From: Klebsormidium nitens
Lineage: Eukaryota > Plantae > Klebsormidiophyceae
Length of the DNA: 64,000 nt
Assembly (NCBI GenBank): GCA_000708835.1
Contig: DF237125.1
Location: 1-64,000, forward strand
Direction: 5' to 3'
Shown: piece after piece, positions 24,145-36,500 of the stretch
How positions within the stretch are numbered: the stretch's first letter is position 1
Layout of the letters: each line of letters opens with the position of its first letter
Translations under genes and position numbers: made by a program
Notes under the pieces: model-generated
Database searches by the model: none
What the model saw: only the letters and a program-made list of their open reading frames with translations
What the model was told of the DNA's origin: nothing

Positions 24145-25626
24145 ATGGCGCAAGAGGGCCATGCCATGCTGACCAAGCAGGAAGCGGCTGTGTATGATAG
24201 GCACATCTGGGTCTTGGGGGGTGGAAGCACACAAGAGGTGCGTAAAAGCCCTCCAAGCAGACTTTGCATAAAACTTTTTTTTGTTGGAAACCTATGCAAT
24301 CATCCAACTCGAACTCCAGCTTCAGCTCACAACCTGTCGCCTTAAGTATCCGTGCATAGTCTTTGCTAGTGTCTGTGTATGAAGCAAAAAGTGTTTGTTG
24401 GAACAGTCAAAATGGGCTTTGCATTTAACAACCGCTTGGTTTATTTGAACGCGAAACTTGGTAAGAAAGCAGTGGTGGAATCTCACCACCTCTTTTTCTC
24501 TGCTGCTGTGGCTTGAGCTCTTGGTTGCCCAGATAACTTACTTGAAGCGTCGTCTATGGTGCATCCAGTGGATACTAAATGGGTTCTGGCTGACTCAGCA
24601 TTGATCCATTGCTGGCGACTAATCAATCTTTATATGAAGCGCGGCTGAGATGTCAATTCCAAGTACGTGGGCCCATTATTGGTGTCACTTTTTCATTTGT
24701 AGTTGACTCTCTCTGACAGGCACTCAAAAAGTCACTCCCCTCTCTTGACAGGATGAGCAGACCCAACTTCCTGGTGGGGGGTGCCACCACCGGCATCATC
24801 GCGGAGGCCCTGAAGAAATTTGTTCTGGCTGGAGTGGGGTCTGTGAACCTTGCTGATGACAGTCAAGTTTCCTTCTCATACCGGGCCTCGTAGACACTGG
24901 TGCGTCAATGGGGGCAGCGTGCCCGGCAGCGCTGCGGGACCTCAATCCAATGGTGGCTATCGAACGGTCAGAGCAGGTGAGCTTTGTTCTGACATTTAGA
25001 AGTAAGCAACAGGATTGTGCATCAAGAGTGAATTTCGGCAGCGACATCTTTCCTCATGGCGGCCTATCATTTTGAGAGAGGTGGCACGCACTGGTTGTCC
25101 ACTTTTCCCTGGGTATTGAGCATGTTTCCATCTAGAAATGACCCGTCGTTGACTCATGAACTTGCATCTTCTCTCAGAGAGTTCTGTAGCGAGTAGCAAA
25201 GGTTTTGGTGAATCCAAAGGGACTTTGGCTAGTGCTCCTTTATGTCAATAATGAAGTAGACATGTTCACACCCCAAATCCTGGTTGACTATTTGAACCGT
25301 AAAATAAAGGAAAGGCTGGCTGAGGAACCGAGAGACCGCGCGTTCACTTACTAGTGAGACCGCGCTCACATACTAGAAAGCAGATCTGTGTAAGCCCAAC
25401 TCTTAGCAGACAACATTGGCCTTTTTCTGAAGATTAGATGACAATCAAGCATAAATACTGGACAGACGTGAATGGCTATGGAAAGAAGTGGTTCAAGGTG
25501 ACTGGACTCAGGCAGTCGAGAAGTGAACCGTGGAAACTTTGCTTGCAGGAACACTGCGAATCAGGCGCCAGAGTTCTCTGTCCCTTCACTCTGTTTCTAC
25601 TAGGTCGGGTGCCCCTTGACTTAAAG
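24145..25626 (+). pseudogene. SAE1: Truncated SAE1 pseudogene (exons 1-3)
   Basis: Exon 1 (MAQEGHAMLTKQEAAVYDRHIWV) has a +1 insertion relative to the copy at 33578. Exon 2 (~24752-24977) has an internal deletion. An exon-3 homologue ends at 25626. I found no homologues of exons 4-6. Confidence 0.85.
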
Positions 25627-26937
25627 GTGAGAGGATCACAATAATTGGCGCATTCAATGCTGAAGGCGCAGCAACCGAGTCTCTCCTCACTAGAAGCTTC
25701 AGCTTGACATCCAGCCAAACAGAGTGGCCCTTGCTTTTGTGCCTCTGTTCCCAAGACCGTTCATATCCTGGGTTGCGGTTCTAATTGCAATTGCGGCTGT
25801 AAAGACGGCTATGTAAGCCATGTTTGCACACTTCAGTCGAAGGGATCGACTGGAGCGCTACTCTTCCAGCAGCCTGGGAGCCAATAGGAGGGGAAGTGGT
25901 CCAGCGCTTCAGTGGGGAGCTATGCATCCGGGCTGTCTGCCAACTATTGGCCTCGATGAACAATAAAGACGACATCTCTTGAAGAGGTATGCAGTAGCGG
26001 TTTGACTCATTCCCCACGTGTTTAGGGGCAAGTAGAGATTGCCCGATCTTGTCCCTGTCTCATTTGATCTGGAGCAGAGATCTGACCCACTTCGTTTGCG
26101 GGGTCAGCTAGTCGTGACAACTTCATTGCCGCTCGTGTTAGTAAAACCAACTGAGCAGGTAATGCTTGCTGCAAGCATGGATAGCCAGAAACTAAAAAGG
26201 AACCAACAGAAGAAAACTGTATCCAAATCTACGATGCGACCAAACGGTACTTAAACAGGACTTGACAGCAGACGACCGCTTCGGCCGCCTCTAGCTTGTC
26301 GTAAATTTATTCGCTTCCAGGTCCCGTTCCACTTTGTGGCCGGTCTGTTCTGATTTGGTCCCTTGGCGAGCCGTCCATTTACTGCCGTTCTTCCTGAGGG
26401 GTTTGGTGGGAAAGCCGTTCTGTTCGAGGTATCTGAGCTGACCCCCTCCGTCGTGGAGCCTCCTCTGCTATTGCAGGTTCGGTCAAACCTGGCCGCCTGA
26501 CCTGACTCTGCTTTCAGCCCGTCGCAGAACTTGGCCGAAAGCCCGGAACCTGGGCCGTTCGATGAATTTTGTCCTAGCATCCGAGGGTTCAAGTTTTGCG
26601 CATCGGGCAAACTTCTGCGATCGGCTCAAATCGGACTCGGGTCAAGCGGCCAGGTTTGACCGAATGTGCAATACACCCAATCTCTTTCCAAAGATTGTTT
26701 CCGTACCAAGTCTTGTTCCGAGTTGATGCCAGTCCGTGCTGACTGTCTTCTGATCTGACCCCGTTTCGTGCTGATTCCGTCCATCCTAAGGACATCCCTG
26801 TTTTGATCATTCCGTGGCTGGGTTATGGCGAGTCCGCCGGGGGGAAGCGGATCTGTTGCTAAATCCAACCGGTGTTGATGCTGCCCGGTTCGAATGGCAA
26901 AATGTGATTTAGTTTCCGCTTTTTGACGTTGCTACAG

Positions 26938-28224
26938 GTACGAACATTGCAGGCATTGCCCAGCAGAAACTGGACCGGATGGGAGAGGACGTCAGCGAAA
27001 CCATCAACAACGTGAGCACAACGGAGGTGCGCTCTAGGGTTTTTCATTTACTCTGGCGTTTGTCGCATCGCGAGCACGAAAACTCTGGTCCGAAAGTTTG
27101 AAGCCGTCTGAAGCGGAGGTTGGACGTCAAAGCTGGCCCTTTAGCGACACTTCGGAAAAGTTACAATGTCGTCTTACCTTCGGTCTCTCAGGTTGTTTGC
27201 GTAAAAGCAAACGGATATAACTAAGATTCTTCAGAGGAGACAGAACTTGAGCGCTGACATGGGCCTGCAGTCGGGTCTCCACATGCGGCTCTGACTCTCT
27301 AACAATCTGAGAACCCTCCGGTCGTGCAGACTTAGAAGTTTGGAAAGAGGATAGCGACTCCTGCTTGCAAGCTCGATAGGAGGACGACGTCTGCTGCCGC
27401 TGCCCTTAGCTCGTGAACCCGCGGTCGGAAAATCAACGAACCGTTCCTCTTATCCTCAGCAACATCGACGAGAACCTTAACCGATTCCCAGCCCGAGTAC
27501 CTAACTGAAGGACACGATCACTTTGATCGTCGGGGCTCCGCAAGTTGGCCTTACTTGCACTTATTGTAACCGTGCTCCTGCAGATTAGGGATGGGGCTGC
27601 CGCGGCCGGTGCGAATGGGCTTGATGTGGTGGTCCGCATAGTGACATTCATCTTAGCTCGCTTGTATCGTCTAAACCGAAAGGTGAGGCGACCTCTGCAA
27701 CTACCCACGCTCTAACTCATCCCATACATACTAAGCAATCAGGGAGTAAAAAAGACAACCACGTCCAAGTGTTGGGAAGGCTTGCGCTTCAGAGTGGGTC
27801 TTGCTTTCTTAACAGACTCTTGTCTTCGAGATTGCTCTCAGCATGGGTTCCGTGATCCGCCTCGTGGTCTTGGAGTCTGGCAAAGCTATCGCTGGAACCT
27901 GGGGCTCTGTGAGACACAAACCTCGAACCGTGAACAGGAAAGGCAAGGACGGCAGGAAACTCAAATTTGAGTACAGAGGGGGCACTCTTTGAAGCCCTTT
28001 CTGGCTTACCGTGGTCGACCACCCTCATCTTGTGTTTTTGCCTACAATTTTAGCTTGCATGTGTATATTTGATATCTGCAGTGAGCCTTCGATCGGAAAG
28101 GAAAGCACGTTCTAAAACTCGTCGCGATTCTTCCCCTCTACAGCAAAATCCTTGGTGGCACCGTGCTGACTCTATTGGCAGACCCGAGTCAACTGGAGAT
28201 GGCCGATATGATAACCGACATTAA
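26938..28224 (+). CDS. Putative 3' exons of a small unidentified spliced gene
   Basis: Three segments with canonical YAG/GT boundaries and compatible phases: 26938-27026 (TNIAGIAQQKLDRMGEDVSETINNVSTTE), 27584-27682 (IRDGAAAAGANGLDVVVRIVTFILARLYRLNRK), 28144-28224 (QNPWWHRADSIGRPESTGDGRYDNRH*). No start codon or family recognised. Confidence 0.35.
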
Positions 28225-30563
28225 ACTAAACTTCCAATTCTTTGAGCAAGCAAAGAACGGAAGAATGTCTAGGAGCCGCTTTGACTGGATCGGGAAGCAG
28301 CGCTTAGCATAAGGCCTCCTTGGAAACCCGTTACAAGATGAAGTCCTGCCGAAAACCGTGGGGTCTTTACGTAAACTGTTCCTATGTCTGGTGGTCTCAA
28401 AGCAGGGCACTAGCCGCGAAGTGCACTCGATGAGACCTGCCAGATAGCAATCTTGGCAGGTGGCTGCCACAATGAATTGCGTAATCTCGGAGCTCAGTGC
28501 GGGCCATGTTCTTATGTCCGATCGTCGCGTGCAGCCCAAGGCGGCCACATGGTTGCGCTCTTTGGAACAGGTTTAGGCGGCATATATGCACTTTTGTTGG
28601 CAAATTTCCCCGTAGTTGAAGGAACTTGGAAGCGCCCCCGTTTGGAAATTATCCCAAGTGGCAGTGAGTCTGGCAGAACGCGTTAGGCCCAGTCCATGGC
28701 ATGACACCATGCCACCATTGGCACGGATGAGTGATTGACCTCGGAGTACAACCTACATAAGTGGCACACGTCAAATAGCCTAGTAGTTGGCACGCCTTCA
28801 AAATACGACGTGCAAATCATTGTCATTCAGTATTGCATGCCTCAGATAAAATTGACATGCACAGAAATTCAAGGGAACGTCGCATGGTCCTTTCCGACCT
28901 GCATGGCGCCGAAACTAATCAAGGCCGTAACATGTCGGTGGCGGGTCGGAGAAGACTGCGACTCCCTTAAGGAAATTCATGAATTCAATGATTGTATGTT
29001 CGACAACGTTGCATGAATCACGTTGCATCCAATGATCTGGCGGCCGCCATGCGAACCTAGCTACATTATTAGCGCCTCTGCATCAGCGCCAATGGTCGGA
29101 TGTCATCTACCATGCGACCGACCAGCCTATCAAAACTTGAAAACCAGACATCCATGCAAAAGCTTTGCAAACAACACCATCCAGTGACGCGGTGCATGTC
29201 ACGTACTAACATATTTCGCTTCCTAGCCTCGGGCCTAGAGTAGATGTGTGACACCGCACATATTCTCCATCGATCTAGGGCAGACCAAACGCACAACGAC
29301 TTTGATGGGGTCAATCTAGCAACGCAAGATGCTCCCGCAAGATCCCAGCGGTTGCAGCAACATTAGCTCGGAGGTAATCAGAGTTTAAATCTCAGGTTCG
29401 CAAAGCAGAGTCACGTCCAGAATTTCTTCGAATCGAGGCAGAGTCATGTGCATATGTCAGGACTTCTTCCCGCCAGATAACAAAGGGGCTTCCCTCAATA
29501 AAGAGGGTCCCGAGCTGGCAACTAGCCTGAACGTACTTTGGAGCGGATGGAGTCGACTACTCCAATCTGCTCTATACGGACACGATCATCTGTCCAAATA
29601 CCCTAACTTCTTTCGGGGACGTACACATCTGGGGGTACGTGCACCGAAGCTGTCCTAAAACTACAATGCGATTTGCGAGGTCATACACAATCAACACTCA
29701 AAGCCGCATCCACAAGCCATAATCTACAACCCGTCCATCAGCAACACAATCTCGCCGGCCATCTGCAACACGTTTGCACGCTAAGTCCGGTGCAGTGACT
29801 TCGACCCAGACAAACAACGCCACGAAGCAAGCAAAGTTACTATCAAGCAATCAAAGCAATCAGCAATCGGACTTCAGACCTCCGCTCGCCTAAGAACGAC
29901 CAGCTGGAATTCCGCATGCTCTGTATGACGGGAAAACGACAGGAAACCGAACGGGACAACTCAAGATTTCGTCCTGCGATTTAACTGAGAGGATGCAGAG
30001 GCCGCTCGCCAGGCACCCCGCAGTCTGTCAACCGTTGCTGGGCCCAGCTTCGGCGGAAACATCTGCAAACGGGAGGAGGGAGGCCATGATTTACTGAAGC
30101 AGCGCATGCCATGTAAACATGGGTTTAAGCCACCACGTGCCACGAAGTTTCTGAAACGAACCAACCCCTGATTCTCAGGACCGTTTCGTTAAGATGGACG
30201 CGACAAAGGTTGCTTGCCGTCGAGATCTGCGGCCCTCTTAGCGAAGGATACATTCAGCAGAACGAGCAGAATTCTGCGACGGGCCCAGCCGATCCGGCTT
30301 GTGCAACATCAGTACTTTAGACATTCTTCCATTTCCTCCTACTGGACGAAGACGGTCTGCTTGAGTGGGCAGACGACCGCGCACACGCCAACGAGAAGAG
30401 TCGGACAAGGCTGTTGATGCAAATTGTGAACAGCCGTCCCGCCTAAGCGGACGCTTCGCCGCCCAAAGGGACTCAGATCTCAAGGGCAAAAGTCATCATC
30501 CACTCAAGTCATCGTCCATCTGAACACCTAACACGAGTCAAGACTGTGGTCATTTCAGATTAC

Positions 30564-32879
30564 CTAGCACCTTATGACAACATGGTTGTAGTCCTGACAA
30601 GCAGGTAATCCAAGCAGAGTGACTAGAACAGGTCCCTTACCCTCAACGTGCTCCAGAATCTCTGCATCGTCCGCCACCAGTCGCGATGCGCTGCGCCCCC
30701 CCAGGGCCCCCCTCATCCCGATTGCTTCCGCGCCATCCGGTTTTGTCGGTTCCATGCGGCCCAGTTGCTTTTCCAATGCCGCTTTGTCAAAGGACCGATC
30801 CAGATGCGCTTTCGCATCGTCAGCGAGCCTTTTCAGCTGCTCATCCGAGTTGTCGTCCATCGCTTTCGACGCGCTCACCAGCGGAATGTCCACCCGGATG
30901 TAGTTCTCCTCTGCTCCAAAGCTCTTGAAGAGGCGTTCGACCTCGTCGTGAACAACCATCGCGCTCCCCTTCATCGACGCTTTGACGAGGTACCCAATCC
31001 AACCAAAGAAACAGTAGCAGCCCCTGGGGCGCGCTCTTTTTGACTGGTCACTGCTTGCATGGTCCTCCTGAGATTGAACGGGTTTAAAGCCAGTACCCAA
31101 AGAAACCACAAACAGGTTTCTCAGATCCACCACGTGGTCTCTTCCCTTGTCCTCGAAGTACTTCCTGTTTTCCAGGGCATGGGTGATTGCCAACATAGTG
31201 GGGTTGTTGACATAAATCCCGCCATCAAGGAACCGCTTCCCGTCAAGGACGGCTGGCACAAAGAAGGTCGGCGCGGCCGAAGTAGCCCGGCAAACCTCGC
31301 GCAAAAGCTTTCCGCGATGCTCCTCCCGAAGGGAGCTGAAGACCACCGGCCGGTCGTTGTCGACCTCATATGCCGGAATCACTAAAGGAGTGAGTGCATC
31401 TTCGAGCCTTAACTCCCCAAGCTGTTCCTCCAGCTCGCGTTCTAAAGGTCCGGCAGCATGCTTCGGGAAGCAGCACCAGCCGAAGCAGCGGAGGCGGGCC
31501 CAGAAACCCGAGAAGATCCGCTTCCCCAAACTTCGGTACACGCCCTCGATTTCTGCTGCAGAAAACATCGGCTCGACTGCGTCGCGGTTCAGGTCCTTAT
31601 TGGGGGCACAGAGCATCGTGGCAATGATTCCCCCCGTGCTCGTTCCCGCAACGATGTCGAAGCAATCGTGCAACGGCCTTGACTGGTCTCCTCCCAAGGC
31701 CTGCTCAAGCCGTCCAAGCCATTCTGCAGGCAACACACCTCTGATGCCGCCTCCATCAATACTGAGGATTCTGACTGGTTTGACTTCCTCTCGCACTTGG
31801 CTCAACCTGTCGGCAATGGCAAACGCTGTTCCAGCCACATGGAGACCTAAATTGCTCGCCTTTTGAAAAGCGTGCTTTGCCCGAGCCCAGTCCTTTGGTA
31901 CCCCGCTACCTCGCGAGTACAGAAGCCCAATGTTGAAATGTGCACACTCGTTCTCCTCAAGGCCGTTGGCCCTTTCATAAAGTTCCTTGGCGTTCAGAAA
32001 GTCTTCAACTCTTGCTCCGAGTTTGCATTGAAGAGTGCTTCCCAGGTTCACCATGGCCATGGCGTTGCCTAAGTCAGCCGCCTGCCGCCACAATGCCACC
32101 GCCCTCGCCTCGTCCTTCTCCACCCCCATGCCACGCGCATAGCACCCTCCCAGGTTGGACATGGCCATGGCATCCCCTAGGTCAGCCGCCAGCCTGTACA
32201 GCACCACTGCCTCGGCTTCGTGCTTCTCCACCCCCGTGCCACGCTCACAGCACACTCCCAGATTGGTCATGGCCCTGGCGTCCCCTAGGTCAGCCGCCCG
32301 CCGGAACAGCGCCACTGCCTTTTTCTCATCCTTCTCCACTCCACTCCCATTCATGTGGCACCATCCCAGGTCGGTCATGGCTGCGGCATCACCTAAGTCG
32401 GCTGCCTGTTGGTACTGCGCCACTGCCTCCGCTTCGTTCTTCTCCACCCCCCTGCCATTCTGGTAGCACACCCCCAGGTTGAACATGGCCCTGGCGTGCC
32501 CCAGGTCAGCCGCCCGCTGGTACAGCGCAACAGCCTCCGCTTCGTTCTTCTCCACCCCCATGCCATTGGCGTAGCACACTCCCAAGTTGAACATGGCCCT
32601 GGTATTCCCTAGGTCAGCCGCCCGCCGTAACAATGCCACTGCCTTTGCTTCGTCTTTCTCCACCCCCGTGCCAGTACGGTAGCAATTGCCCAGGTTGGTC
32701 ATGGCCCTGGCGTACCCTAGGTCAGCCGCCTGCTGGAACAGCGCCGCTGCCTTTTTTTCATCCTTCTCCACCCCACTCTCCTTCATGTAGCACATTCCCA
32801 GGTCGGTCATGGCTTCGGCATCACCTAAGTCGGCTGCCTGTTGGTATTGCGCCGCAAGCTCCTCGTCCTTGTTTGCCAT
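30564..32879 (-). CDS. Intronless SEL1-repeat / patatin-like phospholipase fusion, 771 aa
   Basis: About 9 SEL1 repeats of 36 aa (AADLGxARAMxNLGxCYxxGxGVEKDExxA), followed by a patatin domain with DGGGIRG, GTSTG (catalytic Ser), SAAPTFF and DGG (catalytic Asp). Confidence 0.93.
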   Translation of the reverse strand: MANKDEELAAQYQQAADLGDAEAMTDLGMCYMKESGVEKDEKKAAALFQQAADLGYARAMTNLGNCYRTGTGVEKDEAKAVALLRRAADLGNTRAMFNLGVCYANGMGVEKNEAEAVALYQRAADLGHARAMFNLGVCYQNGRGVEKNEAEAVAQYQQAADLGDAAAMTDLGWCHMNGSGVEKDEKKAVALFRRAADLGDARAMTNLGVCCERGTGVEKHEAEAVVLYRLAADLGDAMAMSNLGGCYARGMGVEKDEARAVALWRQAADLGNAMAMVNLGSTLQCKLGARVEDFLNAKELYERANGLEENECAHFNIGLLYSRGSGVPKDWARAKHAFQKASNLGLHVAGTAFAIADRLSQVREEVKPVRILSIDGGGIRGVLPAEWLGRLEQALGGDQSRPLHDCFDIVAGTSTGGIIATMLCAPNKDLNRDAVEPMFSAAEIEGVYRSLGKRIFSGFWARLRCFGWCCFPKHAAGPLERELEEQLGELRLEDALTPLVIPAYEVDNDRPVVFSSLREEHRGKLLREVCRATSAAPTFFVPAVLDGKRFLDGGIYVNNPTMLAITHALENRKYFEDKGRDHVVDLRNLFVVSLGTGFKPVQSQEDHASSDQSKRARPRGCYCFFGWIGYLVKASMKGSAMVVHDEVERLFKSFGAEENYIRVDIPLVSASKAMDDNSDEQLKRLADDAKAHLDRSFDKAALEKQLGRMEPTKPDGAEAIGMRGALGGRSASRLVADDAEILEHVEGKGPVLVTLLGLPACQDYNHVVIRC

Positions 32880-33304
32880 TTGGGCCGCTGCAGACGCTTC
32901 GATTGTTCACAATGTGTTTTCACATTACCGCAGTCCACAATGCATCGTCCTTGACCAACCAGGAGACGTAAACTCGCAAAAGATGGATTACCCTTGCAAG
33001 AAAGCCTTCATCTGAAAGTAGGCTTCTCCGCCGCGTCTCTTGCAATGCTGTTCTGAATTCTGGATGCAGCACCAGCACCAGCAATTGGTGTGCCCTATCC
33101 ACCTCAGACCTAGCGGCTCATTTGCAGGGGTTTAAAATGGTTTTAAATTTTATAAACAATCTTCCCTCGGGAATCGCCACCGCCCGGCTCAAATGCCCAT
33201 CTCCGCCTGCTAGGATCCGCCGAAGAGCAGCCGGTTTGCTGCCGCTCACCTCAGGCCATTCCGATTCGGCATGCCAACGTGGTTCCAAACCACCAAAATT
33301 CCCC

Positions 33305-33325
33305 TTTTTGGCGCGAAGGGTTACA
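33305..33325 (+). promoter_or_regulatory. E2F-like site upstream of SAE1
   Basis: TTTTTGGCGCGAAGGGTTACA about 250 bp upstream of the SAE1 ATG, identical to 23879-23899. Confidence 0.55.
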
Positions 33326-33577
33326 AAAACCTGTTCAGCCTGGCAGAACCAAGTAGCGCCCTGATTTTGAGCTCCTACATAACCACTGTTTCCTTAGCGA
33401 TCGTTGAACACAGAGCAGGAGGTGTGCCACCTCTGTCCTGCTTTCCGGGTTTCCCAGACCTTCCTGCTTTCTTAGTCTTGCCGGTCTGCTTCGCCAAAGA
33501 ATCTGGTGAAAAGGAAAGATACATCCAAAGGCTCGCAAAAGGAGGAGCCTGAAAACAGGACAATCCGATTTGCTGCA

Positions 33578-36500
33578 ATGGCAGACGAGGGCAATGCCAT
33601 GCTGACAGAACAGGAAGCGGCGGTGTATGACAGGCAAATTCGGGTTTGGGGGGTGGAGGCACAAAAGAGGTGCGTTGAAGCCCCTTTTGAAGAAAGCCAT
33701 CGTGGTGTTGATCCGCATTATCTGTAAAGATGTTATTTGAGAGCCACCCTTTCCCCCTGGTTTCCTCATTTGAAGAAGAGGCAGATTGAAGGGAGTGCAG
33801 TGCTTCAACTATCATCAGCCACGCCCACAGAAAATTGTTGGTGAATCTATGAAAGTCTTCGGGAAAAAAAGTAACAGTATGGAACAAGATATGTTTGGCC
33901 CATGAAAGCTCATGCAATGCGGTGCCCTGACTGCCAATGTTCCATCCACACTCCTGACTCCGGCATGGTCTGCACTGATTCTCTGTGTATGAGCCAAACT
34001 GGTGTCTGTCAAATCCTCAAGGAGAACTTGGCATCCAATCAATTGTGGCAACCCTTTGTTCCAGCAAATTGACAGGAAAATCCTGGTTACGTCTTCAATA
34101 AGGTTCATCTTTGGTGCATAGGGACGAAGTTCTGGCAGATGGACCAAAGAATGTAACGCTGGAGAAAGCCCGAAAATAACACTTTGGCCCTCAGCACGAC
34201 TCTTTATTTCCTTGAATGGTTCTGTGACCCGTCAAAGTTACTCCCGTCAAAGCCACTCTCCAAATATCATGCTCTTTTCTTGACAGGATGAGCAAGTCCA
34301 ACATTCTAGTTGGGGGCGCCATCACTGGCATCATTGCAGAGGCCCTGAAGAACATCGTTCTGGCAGGAGTGGGGTCCGTGACATTGGTCGACGACACGCC
34401 TGTTTCCGCCGAGTCGATCGCCGCAACATTCATTCTCACACCTGACCTCATAGATTCTGGTGTGTCGATGGGGGCAGCTTGCGCTGCGGCGCTTCAAGAC
34501 TTCAATCCAATGGTGGCAGTACGGTCAGAAGAAGGTGAGGTTTGGTGTGACAGTTGGTGAAGAAGATCAATCAAGTTAAGGTCACAGGCAAGCTCTTGGT
34601 CTACATGGATTGAGAGACTGCCGGATGGGGCCCGTTGCTTTCAAAACAGGGGAGACACAGTGGTTGCCTGAAGTCGTGCAATTGCAAAGACCTATGGATC
34701 CGGAGATATTAGATTGCTTTCCGAGGCAGCTTTGCCGTACCTATTTCTCAACTGAATTTGTGAAAGTATGGAAGGGGGAAGGGTTCTCATAAAGCAAGCC
34801 GAGATTCCGAGGCTTCCAGCCAGCTTGCCATACTGAGAAGAATGTATGCTCTCAATCCCTCTTCAAATGGAGCTCAAACATGGTTGTTAACAGGGGTAAG
34901 GGAAGATCGGGGACAGGAGCCATTGGCCAAAAATAAGCAAGTAGGTTGACGGATAGAGGCGTGTTGATTATACAAACGAAAATATACTGTGCTTGCAGGA
35001 AATATTGTGGACAAGGCGCCAGATTTCTACGACTTCTTCAGTGTGGTGCTACTGGGTCGGGCGCCACTTGACTTGCAAGTAAGAGCACTACTTTTTCGAG
35101 ATGACAAGACAGAAGGATATTGGTGGTTGCGCGTTAGAAAGACGAGGACCTTCCGTGGGCTTTGGCAAGAAGCGGCTTGACTGAAGTAGATTCGTTACAA
35201 ATACCTGCTGTCGACGGCCTCGTCTTCTTTTTTGAAGATCGGGCGTTGGCTTGTGACCCCAGCCCAGCCGTTGCTGCAGAATCTGTCTTCTTCATTTTCC
35301 GTGAGGAGAGAAACTCGTCGGTTCCATCGTAAGAAAAGTACGTGTGCCCGGGCTGTCAGTATTGAAGCCCGGTCGATACTCTGGTCACGATTTGCTAGCA
35401 TATCTCTCCAGAAGGCTGCATCAACCACTCCAAAACGCACTTCAGTGTTCTTTCCATTCGTAATCAGCCAAGAGAAGGTATGACCTTTCTTCAGGCCAAG
35501 ATTGCTGATCTAAAAACTTTGTAATGTTTGTTGGTTGCTAAGAGTCCGTCACGGAATACAGAAAAGAATATTATCCGCCAATCCCCTCTGCAGAAAAAGA
35601 TCAATGGCATTTGTCGATCGCGGGGCCACAAGGTTGCCTTCTTCTCGGCGGACGTTCGTGGCGGCATAGGACAGATCTTCGTGGACCTCCAAACACACAA
35701 CTACACGCCTTTTCCGAAGCCAGACACCACACCAGAGCCACAGACCGCTCAGTATCCCAGCCTCGAGGTAAGGAACAGATTGACGAGAAAAAGGTTCACC
35801 CAATGACTGCAGTGCCCGGACATACGAGAACTTAGTTGCTCTTGTCTAGTGTGACGGTCGTCCTAGGCACGAAAACGGGTATTTCATAGGTTAGCTTTTG
35901 AGAACCATTGGGGTCCTTGACGGGAGGACAATCACAAACATCTCGTCACATGCTGCAGAAGCAGCAATCGAGCCCTTCGTTCGCCGATCGTCCTAAGTGT
36001 TTCCCATCGGCCCTGAGTGTTTCCTGCACTCAGGGTTCTGCTCGTCGTGCTGCGCATGGTTCTTCGGAAATTAGCAAGGGCCTTCCAGAATCAGCCCGCT
36101 TGCAGTGACGACGCCAGCTAGTGTTGGAACGTACTGGACTTTCTGGTTCTGAGGAAGTGCAAAGCGTCAAGATGCTTAAGAGAATTGCGCATCGAAGTTA
36201 GGGCGGACTGGCCCAATCATTCTTGTATCTCTGAGGTGATTCCGCATGCCAGAGTCGCTTTTGTATTTCTGAGTAGGACTGCCGATCCGAACCTTCCTGC
36301 TGTAGTCAATACTTGGACGTGTTTCGTCCTCTCAGGCAACGAGAGTTTAGAAACCGTGCGAAGGTTCTTCTGAACGTCGCCTTCGAAGCTATTGTGAAAG
36401 TCAGGAAGATGGTTCTAGCGATGGCAGGACTCATTGAACCCGTTTTCAAAGGCCAGAAGACACATCTGCTGTTCGCCGACCATGTCCCGCAAGCAACATC

